DNA of 64,000 bases, taken from assembly GCA_951406725.2 (NCBI GenBank), contig OX597815.1, positions 169,818,001 to 169,882,000 of the forward strand, written 5' to 3'. The position numbers were made by a program, and so were the translations under genes. Each line of letters opens with the position of its first letter. Positions within the stretch are counted from its first letter, which is position 1. The notes under the pieces are model-generated. The model ran no database searches and had not been told where the DNA came from. It saw nothing but the letters and a program-made list of their open reading frames with translations. Of this stretch, positions 39,956 through 54,100 are shown in pieces. Source of the DNA: Octopus vulgaris (Eukaryota).

Positions 39956-40726
39956 TTATATAATATACACACCTACAAAGAGAGCGGGAAGGAGAGACAA
40001 AGAGAAAGATAGGGAGGAGATGGAGAGAGAGAGAGACAGATAGAGTGATAGACAGACAGACAAATGTTGGAAAGGGAAGTGAAATATATGAGAGTGCTGC
40101 AACAGTATGATGCATATTCTATGAACCTTTCTGAATTGATCTGTTTTTGGTTGTTCCTTAGGGTAAAAATTCATAAAACTGAAGCGAGGTCATCGTATGT
40201 ATGATTTCACGTCTGTATGATACACCGTTAAAACTACGCTGCCCTACTTAAGTAATAGCTGCACATAACTGTATGCAGATAGTCGTTTCACAGCCTCTCA
40301 TGCACGCCTGCACGTGCACGCACACATATATGTACATGCACATGAATATTCATATTCCTACACACACACACACACAAACACACACCCATATATATATATA
40401 CACACACACATACACAAATTTTTTTTTTCTGAGAATGAAAATTTTATTTTTTGTGAAAGTAATATATCTACCTTCGTTTACCACGGGGGTTTGTTTACGA
40501 AAAAAAAAAAACCCTCAATTAACCCAAAGCCAAAACAAAAAAGAAATCATAACATAATGATAAATGAATAAATCATCCCCACGTGATTTGTAACTGAAAC
40601 AAAAAGTAGATTCATTGACATCAAACTCATGACCTAGAGCGGCGATGCTTTGAACAACACGTATTTTCTTGATCGGGTCTATCTTTCGTATCTTCTCTGT
40701 TCACTGGTTCCATGCTGACAGGTACG

Positions 40727-41095
40727 AGAACGTAATTCGTTTTAAAAATACGCAGATTTGCAGCAGAGTAATCACAAAGTGATAATTAGTGCATTCTGAG
40801 TAGCTGAGCATTGTGCGTGATCATCTGGGTGCGTTTTTGGCTGTACGAAAAAAAAAATCTTCAACTGATCTCCAACCCGTGTTATCACAGATTAATCCGT
40901 GATAAGCGTAAGAACGTAATTCGTTTTAAAAATTCGCAGATTTGCAGCAGAGTAATCACAAAGTGATAATTAGTGCATTCTGAGTAGCTGAGAATTGTGC
41001 ATGATCATCTGGGTGCGTTTTTGGCTGTACGGAAAAAAAAAATCTTCAACTGATCTCCAACCCGTCTTTTCACAGATTAATCCGTGATAAGCGTA
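40727..41095. repeat. Near-identical 184-bp tandem duplication
   Basis: 40727-40910 and 40911-41095 differ by a few substitutions and A-run length. Confidence 0.9.
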
Positions 41096-41989
41096 ACATT
41101 GTCCAGTGATGAATGAATTATTGACAAACAAAGCAAACGTACTGAATTACTTTAAATTATTTCCTCTTTCTGGGTGCCATAACTGTTGCTAACAATACAC
41201 TTTAGTTTTCTTTCTCCAGTTAAAGCGCAAATTTTAATCCAATGTGACAACAATGGATAGTTCAAATTTCTGAATTCTTTAAATTCATGACATTGGTCCT
41301 TATTGGATTATTCTCTTTGCTCAATAATTATAATTATGCTAATTGCTTCTAGTGGAAACCATCTGTGATTATAAAAGCAGGCTTAAGAAGATTACCATTT
41401 ACTGATGAGGCTTAATAAGAACGAAATATGTCCGAAACTATCACATTAGCAGCTAACAAAAACTGTATTGTTTCCATAAATTTGGAAACTAACTTGCCCG
41501 GAAAATTTGGTCATAATTTCTTGAAATTATTGCTCCCTTTTCTTTAGGGTCTGTTAAATTTGATACACACATACGCGCGCGCACGCACGCACGCAAACAC
41601 AGACAAACTCACACGCACACACATACAAACAGACACGCATGCACGCACACACACACACATGCATGTATATTAATTTCCACATCCAACTTAACTTGAATGT
41701 GTTGTTTTAAACGCTGTAGACTGCGGTAATCTCTGAGACATCATGTCAGTTTGACAAAATTTCGATCTGGCATTCGGCCGTGGGGTATCTGCTACTGAGG
41801 AAGAGCAAATTACCCTCATATCATATGATACATCAGTTCTATCCATATGCAGAGGAAATTACGCCTGCCGATATAATCAGTGCTTTTTTAAAACTTAATG
41901 TCTGTACGAGAATATTTTTCTGGATGATTACCGCAGCTTGCAGCGTTTAAAACACATCCAAGTTACGTTTGTACCCCATTGGGGCTCGT

Positions 41990-42400
41990 CGTCTTTCTGC
42001 AAACTAGCCGACTTAATAGAATGTACAGCTACGAGCTTCCTTAGTCAGGTGAAACCAGTTACGGAATATTGCTCACACGTCTGGACCCGTTCAGCTTTTA
42101 CTCACATAGAATCCAGCTACGTATCCACAGAAAAGCTACTCACTTGATTGGCATGAAATCACTGGCAGAGCTGTGCAGTTCGCTCTCCCCCATCTTTTCT
42201 ATTGCTACTATAACGGCTTTTTATCGAAGCTGGTTTGTTTTCTGTGTCCCTCAACCGAGCTACGACCATCCCACTTGTTTGTTCTCCGTGGTCATCCTAT
42301 ATTTGTGTTCAACATCTTCAGGCTCTGCACTAAATATTTTCCAATAATGTTGACTCAGTAGGACGACGCTCAGGAATCTTCTCCCGGCTTCTACTTTTTC
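41990..42400 (+). mobile_element. Decayed Jockey/CR1-like LINE ORF2 C-terminal fragment
   Basis: SQVKPVTEYCSHVW..RIHRKATHLIG resembles the RPxxEYCSHxW..RIQxxAxRLI motif downstream of RT. Confidence 0.6.
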
Positions 42401-42407
42401 TGTAGGT

Positions 42408-42788
42408 ATTTATTTCTTTATTGCCCATTGAGGGCTAAACACAGAGGGGACAAACAAGGATAGACGAAATACTTATTTAGTCGATCCTGAAAGGATGAAA
42501 GGCAAAATCGACCCCAGCGGAATTTAAACTCAGAACGTAACGGCAGACGAAATACCTATTTCTTTACTACCCACAAGGAGCTAAACACAGAGGGGACAAA
42601 CAAGGATAGACGAAGGGATTAAGTCAATTACATCGACCCCAGTGCATAACTGGTACTTATTTAGTCGATCCTGAAAGGATGAAAGGCAAAATCGACCTCG
42701 GCGGAATTTGAACTCAGAACGTAGCGGCAGACGAAATACTGCTAAGCATTTCGCCCGGCGTGCTAACGTTTCTGCCAGGTCACCACCC
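42408..42788 (-). mobile_element. SINE family A dimer
   Basis: Two bodies. Flanking repeat ctgtaggtatt at both ends (probable TSD). Confidence 0.85.
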
Positions 42789-43799
42789 TCCTTTCCTGTA
42801 GGTATTGAATTCTCTCCCTCCTCCATCTAGACATGATTGTCTTTGAGTCCTAGTACTCTCAGGGGAGGATACTCGTTTTCCATGTTCTAAGTGACTAACA
42901 TCGTAATCTTAGCGCTGAACAGGGCTACTCATTTATATCTAAATGAACTGGGACAACGTGAAATGAAGTATTTTTTTGCCTAACGACACGAAGCACCGCC
43001 CTGTCCAGGAATCTAATCTATAATCTTGAGATCATGACAGCAACACGCTAACCACACGACCACACGCCTTTACACGTGTTGACTTGTAGCAGTTTAAACA
43101 GAGCATTAACGACATCAAGCTCGCCGGTCTCAGGAGGCCTACAGAGCACATGGATACTGCTTTTACTCAAGACTAAATGAGTAAAAAACGGCCAGTCTGA
43201 ATAATTTCATTTTAAATTTACTTGCGTTAATGGAGTCATTAGGTCTCAAAAGTCCTTGCAGATATTCGATACAGCTTTCTGTTTTTCACTTTCAACTGAA
43301 ATGAAAGTTCAATAAACACAATCACAGCTGCGTTCACCATTATCAATTTATCATTTTCAAATCACATCATGAAATGCTTCGTGAGGCAGGTGGTGTATGA
43401 ATGAAAAAAGGAAAGAAATCCTAGCTCAAGGCATATATATATATATATATATGCATATGCAGCAAACAGTGATGTATTAACAGTATTTCGTTTCGTTGCC
43501 GCAATGTACTGGAGAAAATATCTATAATGTTTCTGTTTTAGTTGATACTATAAATTAACCACCATTACAGCAATCAAAGAAATCGCCCTCAAAACACAAG
43601 AATTTAGTGTTCAATTTTGCTGCTGAGTAAGTGTTATATATGCAAATTTTACTTTGTACTTTAATACACGTGTGCTTATAATCCAATTTTTGTGGGGGTT
43701 ATTTAAATGTAGTAAACAGTTTCTAACGAAAACTCTTCCAAAGTGGTGTCAAAATGTGCACACCTACATCTGTTTCCATTTTTTATGGCAGTACATATA

Positions 43800-44200
43800 A
43801 TGGCTTCGGGAAAGAGGCAAAGTCGGTTACATTGACCACACTGATACTCATTTTATCGTCCTCGAAAGGATGAGAGGCAAAATCGACCTCTGCGGAATTT
43901 GAACACAGGACATGAAGACGTACGAAATACCGCTAAGCATTTTGTCCGGCATGCTAATGATTACGCCAGCTTGCCGCCTTTATGCCTGTATGCATATTTT
44001 TTTCTACTCTAGGCACAAGGCCCAAAATTTCGGGGGAGTGGGACCAGTCGATTAGATCGACCCAGTACACAACTTGTACTTAATTTATCACCCCCGAAAT
44101 GATGGAAGGCAAAGGAATTTGAGCTCAGAACACAGAGACAGACGAAATACCGCTAAGCATTCCGCCTAGCGTGCTAAGGATTATGCCAGCTCGCCGCTTT
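43800..44200 (-). mobile_element. Two SINE family A copies
   Basis: Family A heads at ~43980 and ~44198. Confidence 0.8.
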
Positions 44201-44330
44201 ATCCCTGTATGAATATTGCACAGAAAAACTGGCTCATATCGTCGTAACGCAAAATTTTGGCTAAAGCACCTATGAATATGTTCTTTAGTACATTTAATAC
44301 ACATATACATACATACATACACCTATACAC

Positions 44331-44386
<56 letters not shown>

Positions 44387-44453
44387 GAGTGTATTTTTAC
44401 CTTGTTAATTAACACGGAAAAAATAAATACGTGTCGAAAGTATATATATATAT

Positions 44454-44523
<70 letters not shown>

Positions 44524-44527
<4 letters not shown>

Positions 44528-44705
44528 AGAGTTTACGAAAAAAACAAAAGACGAAGACAGGTGGTGTACAAAACAAACAGATGTATTAGTATAACGCTGA
44601 GGAATAGAAAAAAGTATTTTACGTTTCGAGCCTACGCTCTTCTACAGAGACGCAGAAAAAACAAGGAGAGAAACAAGGAGAGAAAAAATGTGTGTAGTGG
44701 CATAC
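44524..44705 (-). mobile_element. PLE pseudo-LTR with degenerate minimal hammerhead (44615-44650)
   Basis: Minus strand: CTGTAGA / A-GAGC-GTAG-GCTC / GAAAC-GTA. Stem I is poor. Embedded in (TA)n. Confidence 0.65.
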
Positions 44706-44762
44706 GATATATATATATAGTATGTGTGTGTGTACGTGCATGTATATATATGCATGTATATA

Positions 44763-44801
<39 letters not shown>

Positions 44802-44946
44802 AAATTCAATTATCCGCACCAACGCACGGTTGCAACACCATATGGTTGTACCTCCAACCGTGCTGTCTTCTGCTGTGATTTTTGCTACCAAGGTATCGGT
44901 TAAACTTTTGATTAATCTGCAATAAGATTATTCATCTTTCTATTTC

Positions 44947-44998
<52 letters not shown>

Positions 44999-45092
44999 TG
45001 CATATATATATGTATGTCTATATATATATATGTATATATAGGTAGATCTCTCTCTCTCTCTCTCTCTCTCCATCTCCTCTCTCTCTCTCTGT

Positions 45093-45145
<53 letters not shown>

Positions 45146-45979
45146 TACTAAGCTTACAAAGAATAAGTCCTGGTGTCGATTTATTCGACTAAAGGCGGTA
45201 CTCCAGCATGACCGCAGTCAAATGACTGAAACAAATAAAAGAATAAAAATATGTATGTATGTATATATATGTGTGTGTATGTATGTATGTACGTATGTTT
45301 GTGTATGTGTGTGTGTGTATGTATGCATGTATGTATCTATCTACATGCATATGTATACATACATATAAACATATATATATATATATATAGTCACCTTTAT
45401 ACACACACACATACGCATACATACCCATCTTAATAATTTATATATAATAGATGTATAAGATGTAATGCGAAAATACAAGGTTTGTCTATGCACTTGAAAG
45501 AAGTAAACAAACCGAGTATAATCTTTTTGGTGTTATTTATATAGCAGCATAATTACGCAATCTTTCAATTTCCTTCGTGCATATCTTAAATAAAATAAAC
45601 AAAATGTGAGAAAAAAAGCAGTAGAATTTTGGTGATATTATGCTAAATGATGCCTTATCTGCAGAGTGTTAGATTTTTTAAATCAACACTAGAAAGCACA
45701 TCTTTGAATTCTGATCTATCGCCGTAGTGATTGTATTATTTCTTAGCCCATTATAACGAGTCAAGCAAAAAATTGACATTCATTATAATGTTCACTCTCG
45801 ACATTTTTAACCGAACATCTTAATAGATGTATTTTCCTTTGTTTCAAGAATATATTTCAGCTATATTGCGAATTAAGCGAAATTGTACGCACACAAATAT
45901 ACACTAACATACTCAAACAAGTTAGTGCACACAGAAACACAGCCACACACACACTTGCACGCGTATACACGCACTTGCT

Positions 45980-46010
<31 letters not shown>

Positions 46011-46370
46011 GAGGAATTGTGAGCAGGTATACATGCTAGGCCTTGACAGACGAGTAGTTTTTTGAAAGGTTAGAAAAACATACGCATCACATAAAAGGTT
46101 ACGAGAAACAATTGAGATAACATGTTAAATACCAGAATTACTGGAAATGGTTCCCATTATTTAGGTTTTATCCTCTTGAAAGAACATCGATCATTATATC
46201 GTAGAAAATACCGAAGTGACATGCATGATACTACAAATGACTGACAAACGTTTTCAATAGCCAGCATTTAATTCAAATCATTTCAAATTATTTCTACATT
46301 AAGCACCATAACACAGCAGCTTCGTCCAGAGAAGCCGCGGCATTTTAATATAAAGGAATTATAAGATATA

Positions 46371-46936
46371 GTGGGTTATCCGGAAAGTTCGTGGCGATTT
46401 ATAGTAGCTTACATTTCGACTTATTTTAGAACATGGTTGATTCCATAAAATAGGATTTGACTACACCTTTATTTAGAGCACAGTTTAAGCTATCTTTTCG
46501 TGGAAGAAGATTTATGTTCTTATAACCTGTGTTAATTCTGTAACCCTTTAAAATGGAAGATAAGAAAGTTCATTTTCGGCACTTGATGCTTTGGGAACCA
46601 AACAAAAATTGCTGCTGCTCGGCTGGGATGTGTTACCCCACTCTCCATATTTACCAGATATTGCTCCTTCGGATTTCCACTTATTCAGGTCTCTGCAGAA
46701 TTGTCTTAATAGTAAAAATTTCAATTCCTTGAATGACGTAAAAAGATACCTTGATGAATTCTCTGCCATGAAACCACCTCAATTCTGGGGAGAGGGTATT
46801 TTCAAGTTAAAGGAAAGATAGAGACGCATTGTGCAACAAAATGGTTCATATTTGGTTGATAAAAAATCTAATGGCAAGTATTTATTGACCTTTTTCTTTA
46901 CTTTAAAAATCGGCACGAACTTTCCGGACAACCCAA
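46371..46936 (+). mobile_element. Internally deleted mariner with both TIRs and TA TSD
   Basis: TIRs gtgggttatccggaaagttcgtggcgattt / aaatcggcacgaactttccggacaacccaa. N-terminus MEDKKVHFRHLMLW is joined to C-terminal LGWDVLPHSPYLPDIAPSDFHLFRSLQN. Confidence 0.92.
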
Positions 46937-46989
46937 TATAATAAGGGTGTCAATGGAAACTTCTAGATCCTTATAGAGGGATCTCCGTT

Positions 46990-47232
46990 GGCCAAGAATG
47001 ACCATGCATCATCCCTTAATCACATATACGAAGGAGTGACTTTAAGGGTATCACGAAATGCTTGATTGGGGGTCCCACCTTTCGAGTTCTTTTACAGGGC
47101 TTTAAAAAAACAAGGACCACTGCAATCAGTGTGTGAATCAGTGAGGGGAATATGTTGAATAAAATCATAATTAGCTGATTCCCCTGTATTTTCGTTTACC
47201 CAAAGCCAGAAAATTTTCAGCACCCTCTCGTA
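46990..47232 (+). mobile_element. Mariner 3' end fragment (same family as 5709-5930)
   Basis: ggggaatatgttgaataaaatcata..aaaattttcagcaccctctcg-TA. Confidence 0.65.
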
Positions 47233-48768
47233 TGTATAGGGCTGGGTAAGATTTCTTTTAAAAGCTGGTGGTTATCTGTGAATACGAGTTTCCTCTTTCC
47301 ATGTCGTTGACTTTTATGCAAAAGAAATTCCACCCATGTAGTCCGATGCAAATCAAAAAGAACCTAATCAAATATCACAAGGCATCACAACCCATCCTAT
47401 AACGGATTGGCAATTTTTTTATTGACCCCAAAAGAATAAAACCAAGTTGGCTCCTATGCAATTTGAACTCCCATTGCAGAGAGTAAATAATGTGTGGCAT
47501 TCTATCCAATTCGCTACTCTACTAGCTCATTAGTTTTCAGTTTAGTCAGTGAAATTAGCGCAACAAACATTGATTTTGTAGAAACTGCACAATGTATCAC
47601 TCAACAAATAGATGTCTATATCTGGTTTATGCCGGCAGGATTCAGTTTAAGCGTAAAGAAATAGCTGAACTGGAAGAATAAAATATGAACCCAGCAATTT
47701 AGTGGTGGTGTTATGTATTGCCAATTATATTGACCTCACTACTTGACTCTGGAAGCAGGAAAGTCAATGTCAAGTCAATCTCTGTCGCATTTGAACTCGA
47801 ATGACAAAAATACTTAAATATTATCAGAGAAGCATTTCAAATGACACTCTCACAATCATGCCGTGAAAGCGCGTGGTCGGAATAGTGTTAAGGAGAAGGG
47901 TTTCCTTAAACAATTTGGCCCGAGTGCTTGGAATAGAATGGACATTAGTTACCAGGTAGTTTAGTTCAACCAAATGATAGTCAAATAGGCCATGGCGGAA
48001 TAAATCGGAATAAATACAGCAATGCATTCAGTCCGACGCTTTTACAGTTCTGCGTATCAACTGCTTTGGATAGGTACTTTTATTATCAACTACTTTGGAT
48101 AGGTACTTTTATTATCAATTCCGAAATGATGGAATATAGAATTGGGTTCAGAGGGATGTGAACTCCGAGTGCATGGAGTCGGAAGTGGAACAAATACCGC
48201 GAAGCATTCTGTCTGTTTCTCTAACAACTGTACCAATTCAACGACAGACTTCAATAAAGTTTCCGTCAGGAAAATTCTCTTATAAAGCATTGGTCAACAC
48301 GGAGTTTTAGCACAAGACACTTATCCATTGTTCCACGCAGTGGGAATGAACCCGAAAATGTGTGGTTTTGAGAAGAGAACTTCTTTACCACACAATTCTG
48401 CCTGTACCTATATTTTATTTTGCAGTAGATATATTTCTAACCAAAGACAAAAACAAAAAAACGCGAAAAAATTAATTGTATCATAGACATATTTTATATT
48501 ACATATTTTGTATTAACTACTTCTTTTAAGTTAATATTTTATATTGTTTCAATAATACAACGAATCTTACTGACACCACGACTTGTCTTCGCTTCTGTAT
48601 TACATTCATCTACTTCGCTTCTAAATAAGTTAATTTCGAACGTAATTTCATTCCAAGTTATCGTTTATATTTTTCGTGAAGTTTGGAGACTAGCTTCATT
48701 AGACCCGTGTTTTCAAGAAATTAACAACAGTCTTGAGTCTTTAACGCCAAAGGTTAAAAGTAATATTT

Positions 48769-48824
<56 letters not shown>

Positions 48825-48842
48825 ATACACACACATATACAT

Positions 48843-48877
<35 letters not shown>

Positions 48878-49320
48878 AACACACGCATACACACACTTAC
48901 ACATGCACACACACACACACACACACAAAAGGAAACTAAAAAGAAAAAAGGAAAAGAAGAAATAATTATACAACGATCTTGTTACTACAGGTTATGTAAA
49001 TTAAATATAGATTTATCGTTTCGCTAGATAGCAACTTCATAATTCTATAATTCTTACGATTATAATTACTTGTTGGACAATGATAATTACTCTAATATAT
49101 ATTTTTACAATATAATGATGGCCTTACTTGGCATAAAACATAAACTTATGGAACAACAGTGACTTTTAGCTACTGGCTGTGTGGTTAAGAAGTTCATTTT
49201 ACAAACGCGTGGTTTCGGTCGGGATCACTTCCAATCCACGGCATCTTGGGCAAGTGCCTTTAATTGTAGGATTGAACCGACCAATACCTTGTCAACGAAT
49301 TACGTAAACGGATGCACGCT

Positions 49321-49355
<35 letters not shown>

Positions 49356-49384
49356 ACACGCATACATACACACATATGTATATA

Positions 49385-49620
49385 TTGTTGTGTCAGGGGA
49401 AAGTCATATTGCCTTAATGCTTTTGTGACCTTGTCAACGTCCATTGACAAGGTTACAAAAGCAACGAAAATTATGAAAAATTAAATGAGTTGGAAATTGA
49501 ACCGGTGAGTGTGTTAGATATTAAGGCATTAGAATAGTATGAGTCTCCACAGACACAACAAAATTTGCTTCAACACACGAATTCGCATAAAGAATATTGC
49601 AAGTCAGATACAAAAACGAA
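49385..49620. mobile_element. Fold-back copy of a microsatellite-associated repeat (relatives at ~14390-14515, ~26915-27030, ~39388-39500)
   Basis: Inner hairpin 49419-49437 / 49444-49462. Outer arms ttgttgtgtc / gacacaacaa and tgccttaat / attaaggca. Confidence 0.6.
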
Positions 49621-49628
49621 ATACATAC

Positions 49629-49659
<31 letters not shown>

Positions 49660-50149
49660 TTTCGCTTACGCATTGCGAGACTAATGACGTGGTGTAGGAC
49701 TCAACATACGTATGTTTCAGAATGAAAGCCGGTCATAAGAAAGAGAGGTGCTAAAGGAATAAATGATTATCTTATGAACTTCATTAGCTTACACCTGTTT
49801 CTGTTATAGAATGCAGCCGTGTGTGTGTGTGTGTGTTTGTGTCTGTATGTGTGCGTGTTTGTTTGCTACCCACAGCTTAACAACCCGTGTAGGCTTGCTT
49901 CCGATACCGTAACTTAGCAGTTCGGTAAAAATACCCCGATGCAATAAGTTTAAAGTTTAAAAGAAAAACTGAAGTCGATTTGCACGAATTGCACCCACCT
50001 TCATGCGTGTGTATGTATATGTGTGCGTCTTTATGTTTGTCCGCCTCACTGCTTAACAACCAGTGTTAGTTTGTTTACACTCTCGTAATGTAGAAGTTCG
50101 GCAAAGATCCCGATAGAATAAGTACTGTATTCGACTTGTTCGACACTCG

Positions 50150-50510
50150 GCCGTGTCCTTACCCCCTAGTGGCTTCCCTTCCCTCCCACACCCACGTCAC
50201 CAACCATGCTCTCCGTCCTGTTTAACTCTTTCTCCTTCCCTTCTGGTCCCTCTCAACTTCTGTTCACTCTTGATATCAGAAGTTTATATACGGTGATCCC
50301 ATACAACGAAGTACTTCTTGCACTTAAACACTTTATAGACGTTCGGCCTGACTCTCAACCTACCACCTCCACTCCTCTTCACCTGGCAGAACTTATCCTC
50401 CCACTCAACTGTTTCTCATTCGGGGTGTGGGGAGTTTTATCAACAACTCTCGGGAGTGGCCATGGAATCGAGAATAGGCCCCAACTATATGAACCTATGT
50501 TAGCTATGTT
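50150..50510 (+). pseudogene. Penelope-like reverse transcriptase fragment
   Basis: LLFTLDIRSLYTVIPYNEVLLAL..LAELILPLNCFSF, then after a frameshift YQQLSGVAMESRIGPNY; these are PLE RT motifs. Confidence 0.85.
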
Positions 50511-50639
50511 TGCACACCTCCACTTGTTGGGTTCACCATAAATTATCTCCCCTTTATTCAACCTCTTTTATTATCTCCCTTTCATTCAACCTCTTTTTTT
50601 CCCAATCATTCGTCATGTTGGACCATTGAACTCAACACA

Positions 50640-50804
50640 TTTTTCATCATTCTCTCCCTATTTATTTTCTTTTATTCCTTTCTGTCGAAGAGCGTAGGCT
50701 CGAAACGTAAAAGGCTTTTCCATTTGTCGCGAGCGTCAAACTAATACACTTGCATGTTGTTCCTACACTTGTCTTCGTCTTCGTTTTTCTCTGAATTTGA
50801 ACTA

Positions 50805-50806
<2 letters not shown>
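50640..50806 (+). mobile_element. PLE pseudo-LTR with minimal hammerhead (50677-50714)
   Basis: CCTTT / CTGTCGA / A-GAGC-GTAG-GCTC / GAAAC-GTA / AAAGG. Downstream of the PLE RT fragment; ends at (TA)n. Confidence 0.75.
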
Positions 50807-50857
<51 letters not shown>

Positions 50858-51285
50858 ATGTATGTATGTATGTATGTATGTATGTATGTATGTATGTATG
50901 TATGTATGTATGTATGTATGTGTGCGTGTTTGGGCGTGTGTGTATGTGTTTCGACATATACATACTCACACATGTAAGCGCATGCATTTTTAGCGGAACG
51001 ATATTTTCACTAATTCGAATTTTCGAAGAAATGTGTGTTTTCGGTCTCCATTATAAAAATTTTTTTTTTTTGCTAGAAATAAGTTGGATAAAGCACATCC
51101 TTACAACGTAAATTCCTGCTGAGGTCCATTTCCTGAAACTTTTGTTGCGAGAGTTAGATTGCAAAATTAGCTACAAAACAATTATTAAAAAAAAAGAAGA
51201 AAAAGATCAACATATACTGTACCAGTTGACATCAGTAATCAAACTTTCTCTTCAGATATGTTGGGTTTTTAGCTCGTCATTTTTA

Positions 51286-51340
<55 letters not shown>

Positions 51341-51563
51341 CTTTATATCTTTAAGAATACTTATTTGTGTGTTTGAGTGTGTGTTTAGGTTTGTGTATTT
51401 GTGTGTGTGTGTGTTTGTGCGTGCGTGAGTGTGTGTTTGTGTAATCGTGCACACGCATATATACACAGACAGCCAGATTCACACACACATGCACCCCCAC
51501 ATCAGGTAACAAACAAAAAACACAGGAGGGAATTTTTAAACAAATGTTGTATTACTTTAATGG

Positions 51564-51662
<99 letters not shown>

Positions 51663-51731
51663 TAATTAGATATATAAATGTATATATATATATATATGTT
51701 TGTCTCGATATATATACTCTCTCAAACTTTC

Positions 51732-51830
<99 letters not shown>

Positions 51831-51893
51831 TGTTACGTTATATATGCTGTTCTATCAGTATTTACGCGTTGAAGAATATACTTCTAGTTGTTC

Positions 51894-51975
<82 letters not shown>

Positions 51976-52465
51976 AATAGACATATGTATGCATGTATAT
52001 ATATAAGTGAAAAACTAAACTAAGCAAAGAGAAATGAAATTTATTCACATGCCCTCTCCCTGTCAGCCTATCTCATTCATATACGTATATACAATTACCT
52101 ACATAGGTATGTATACACATACATGAAGATATGCATGCACTCCGAAACGCACGTATTTCAAAGAATCTTGATTTGTCGTAAGAAAAATTTCAACCAGCAT
52201 AAATTGTGTGCCATATATATGACAAAATTGTTCATTCCTTTACTTTCACATTTGACTAACTAAACAGAAATCAATCCTACATCAAACCAGAATGACTGTC
52301 TCCACCATACTTTTTACTCAACTCATACCTTACAGATATGCATTTCCCTTCTCTCCTTTTCTATCCCCTATTCCTTGACGATGACTTAAACCACTTCCCC
52401 CTCTACCTACACCGCACAAAAAAACCAGAAACCACATAAAACCGGGAAGAACAAAAGTAATCCAC

Positions 52466-52680
52466 AGCCTGATGAGAGCGAGCAAGTCGGAACTTCAAGC
52501 GTCTCCTTATAAAAATTGATATACTTGTGTGGTTTGTGTGTGTGTATATATATATATATTTATATATATATATATATACACATACTTACATACATACATA
52601 CATACACACACACGCGCACACACACACAAGTATATCAATTTTTATGAGGACACGCTTGAAGTTTCGACATGCTCGCTCTG
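52466..52680. mobile_element. PLE-type terminus with degenerate hammerhead, duplicated in inverted orientation across a microsatellite
   Basis: 52475-52531 vs reverse complement of 52623-52679. CTGATGA..G(G/A)AAC. Confidence 0.6.
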
Positions 52681-53199
52681 TATATATACATACATATATA
52701 TACATATATACATACATTTGTAATTGTTGATTTACTCTACCGTTAATCAAAAATTTTCTCTATGTGCAATCCTTCAGAACAATCTCCCTTTCCCACTAAA
52801 AATAGAAAGAAATCTGAATCGTGTTATCGTTTAAAGGACTGTATACGGCAAGAAACCGTGATTATCGATATAATGGATTTTGAAATACCAACGAATAAAT
52901 GACTCTACTTGATAATTGAGAAATGCTTTTTAGTTTTATTGTCCTGACGTAAAATTCATCGATAGCTATTTACATAGGACTCAATGTGTCTATAAAAATA
53001 CAAAAACAAATAGTGATAATCGGTTGGACTATTTCAGCTGTTCTTTCCATTAATGCCATTTAGGAAAACAGCTTGTTGATTTCGAAATTTATTTGGAGAC
53101 CAAAATATGTTACAGAGGTAAAAGAAACTGAATATTACATTACACAGGTAAATTTGGTGAGAACACCAATATTACGAAATGATTTAACACACACCAGAT

Positions 53200-54100
53200 T
53201 ATTTCCGATTCCCACAAATAATAATGAACTAGTCATTGAAGGCAAAAATGTCCCTATCCTCTGGGATTTTCCAGTCAACACCGACAGAACGATCCAGGCT
53301 AATCGACCAGACATAGTCATTAAAGACTGAAGAAAATAATTGTAGACTAATAGATGTAAGTGTTCCCACTGATAAAAATATATCTGTAAAGGAACTTAAC
53401 AAATTAAGTAAATATAAGGACCTGAAAATTGAAATACAAAAGATGTGGTATCGTAAAGCGAGAGCTGTTCCTGTTATTGTGTGTGCACTAGGTTTGTTGA
53501 AAAAGAGATGTCAAAAGCATCTAGATAATATCCCAGGAGAACCATGTCTCAAACAAACTCAAAAGATTGTGCTGACAAGTACTGCCCGCTTCCTTAGAAA
53601 AACTCTTTCAATTTAAATGTCTGTCTTGTATTACATGAAGACATTTCGGTGCTGCTCCTACCACGTCCCTATCTGAAGCGTTCAGTCATACTGTAACATC
53701 TCTTATCCTTCACTCGCCCTAGGATGCTATGTGCATCTTTGATCACGAGCAGTAGTGGGGAAGCATCATAGTCATGTGTCGAGAGGAATTCTTTGGGGTT
53801 TGGATAATTCACCTTTGGAAACGTAGGTGTTTCATTCAACATCCTCAAACACCCTTATTCAAGGACCTTTTGAGCAGGATAGGCTACTCGTCCCGAAGAA
53901 AATTCTAACTGGGTCCCACCTGCAAGGTTATGCACTCTTTATTTTGATATGAGATCTCATGTCGTGCACATGTAGTGGTAATGCATTTGCCTGTGTACTC
54001 TCATAAGTCGCGTAGTCATGATGGGTGTATTGTGCTTCGTATATTTTACCCCAGTGTCACTTCGATGGCATGTGTTGCTCTCTCACTCAATAGTAATAAT
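53200..54100 (+). mobile_element. Dong/R4-like RLE LINE 3' fragment with downstream untranslated region ending in (AAT)n
   Basis: EGKNVPILWDFPVNTDRTIQANRPDIVIKD*..LIDVSVPTD..KLSKYKDLKIEIQKMW. Paralogous to 62085-62859. Confidence 0.8.

Noticed and set aside
41395-41445. CTGATGA..GAAA motif
   Set aside because: Stem II is weak and there is no convincing stem I.
48670-48710. Minus-strand CTAATGA..GAAA
   Set aside because: G5 is missing and no stems I or III are present.
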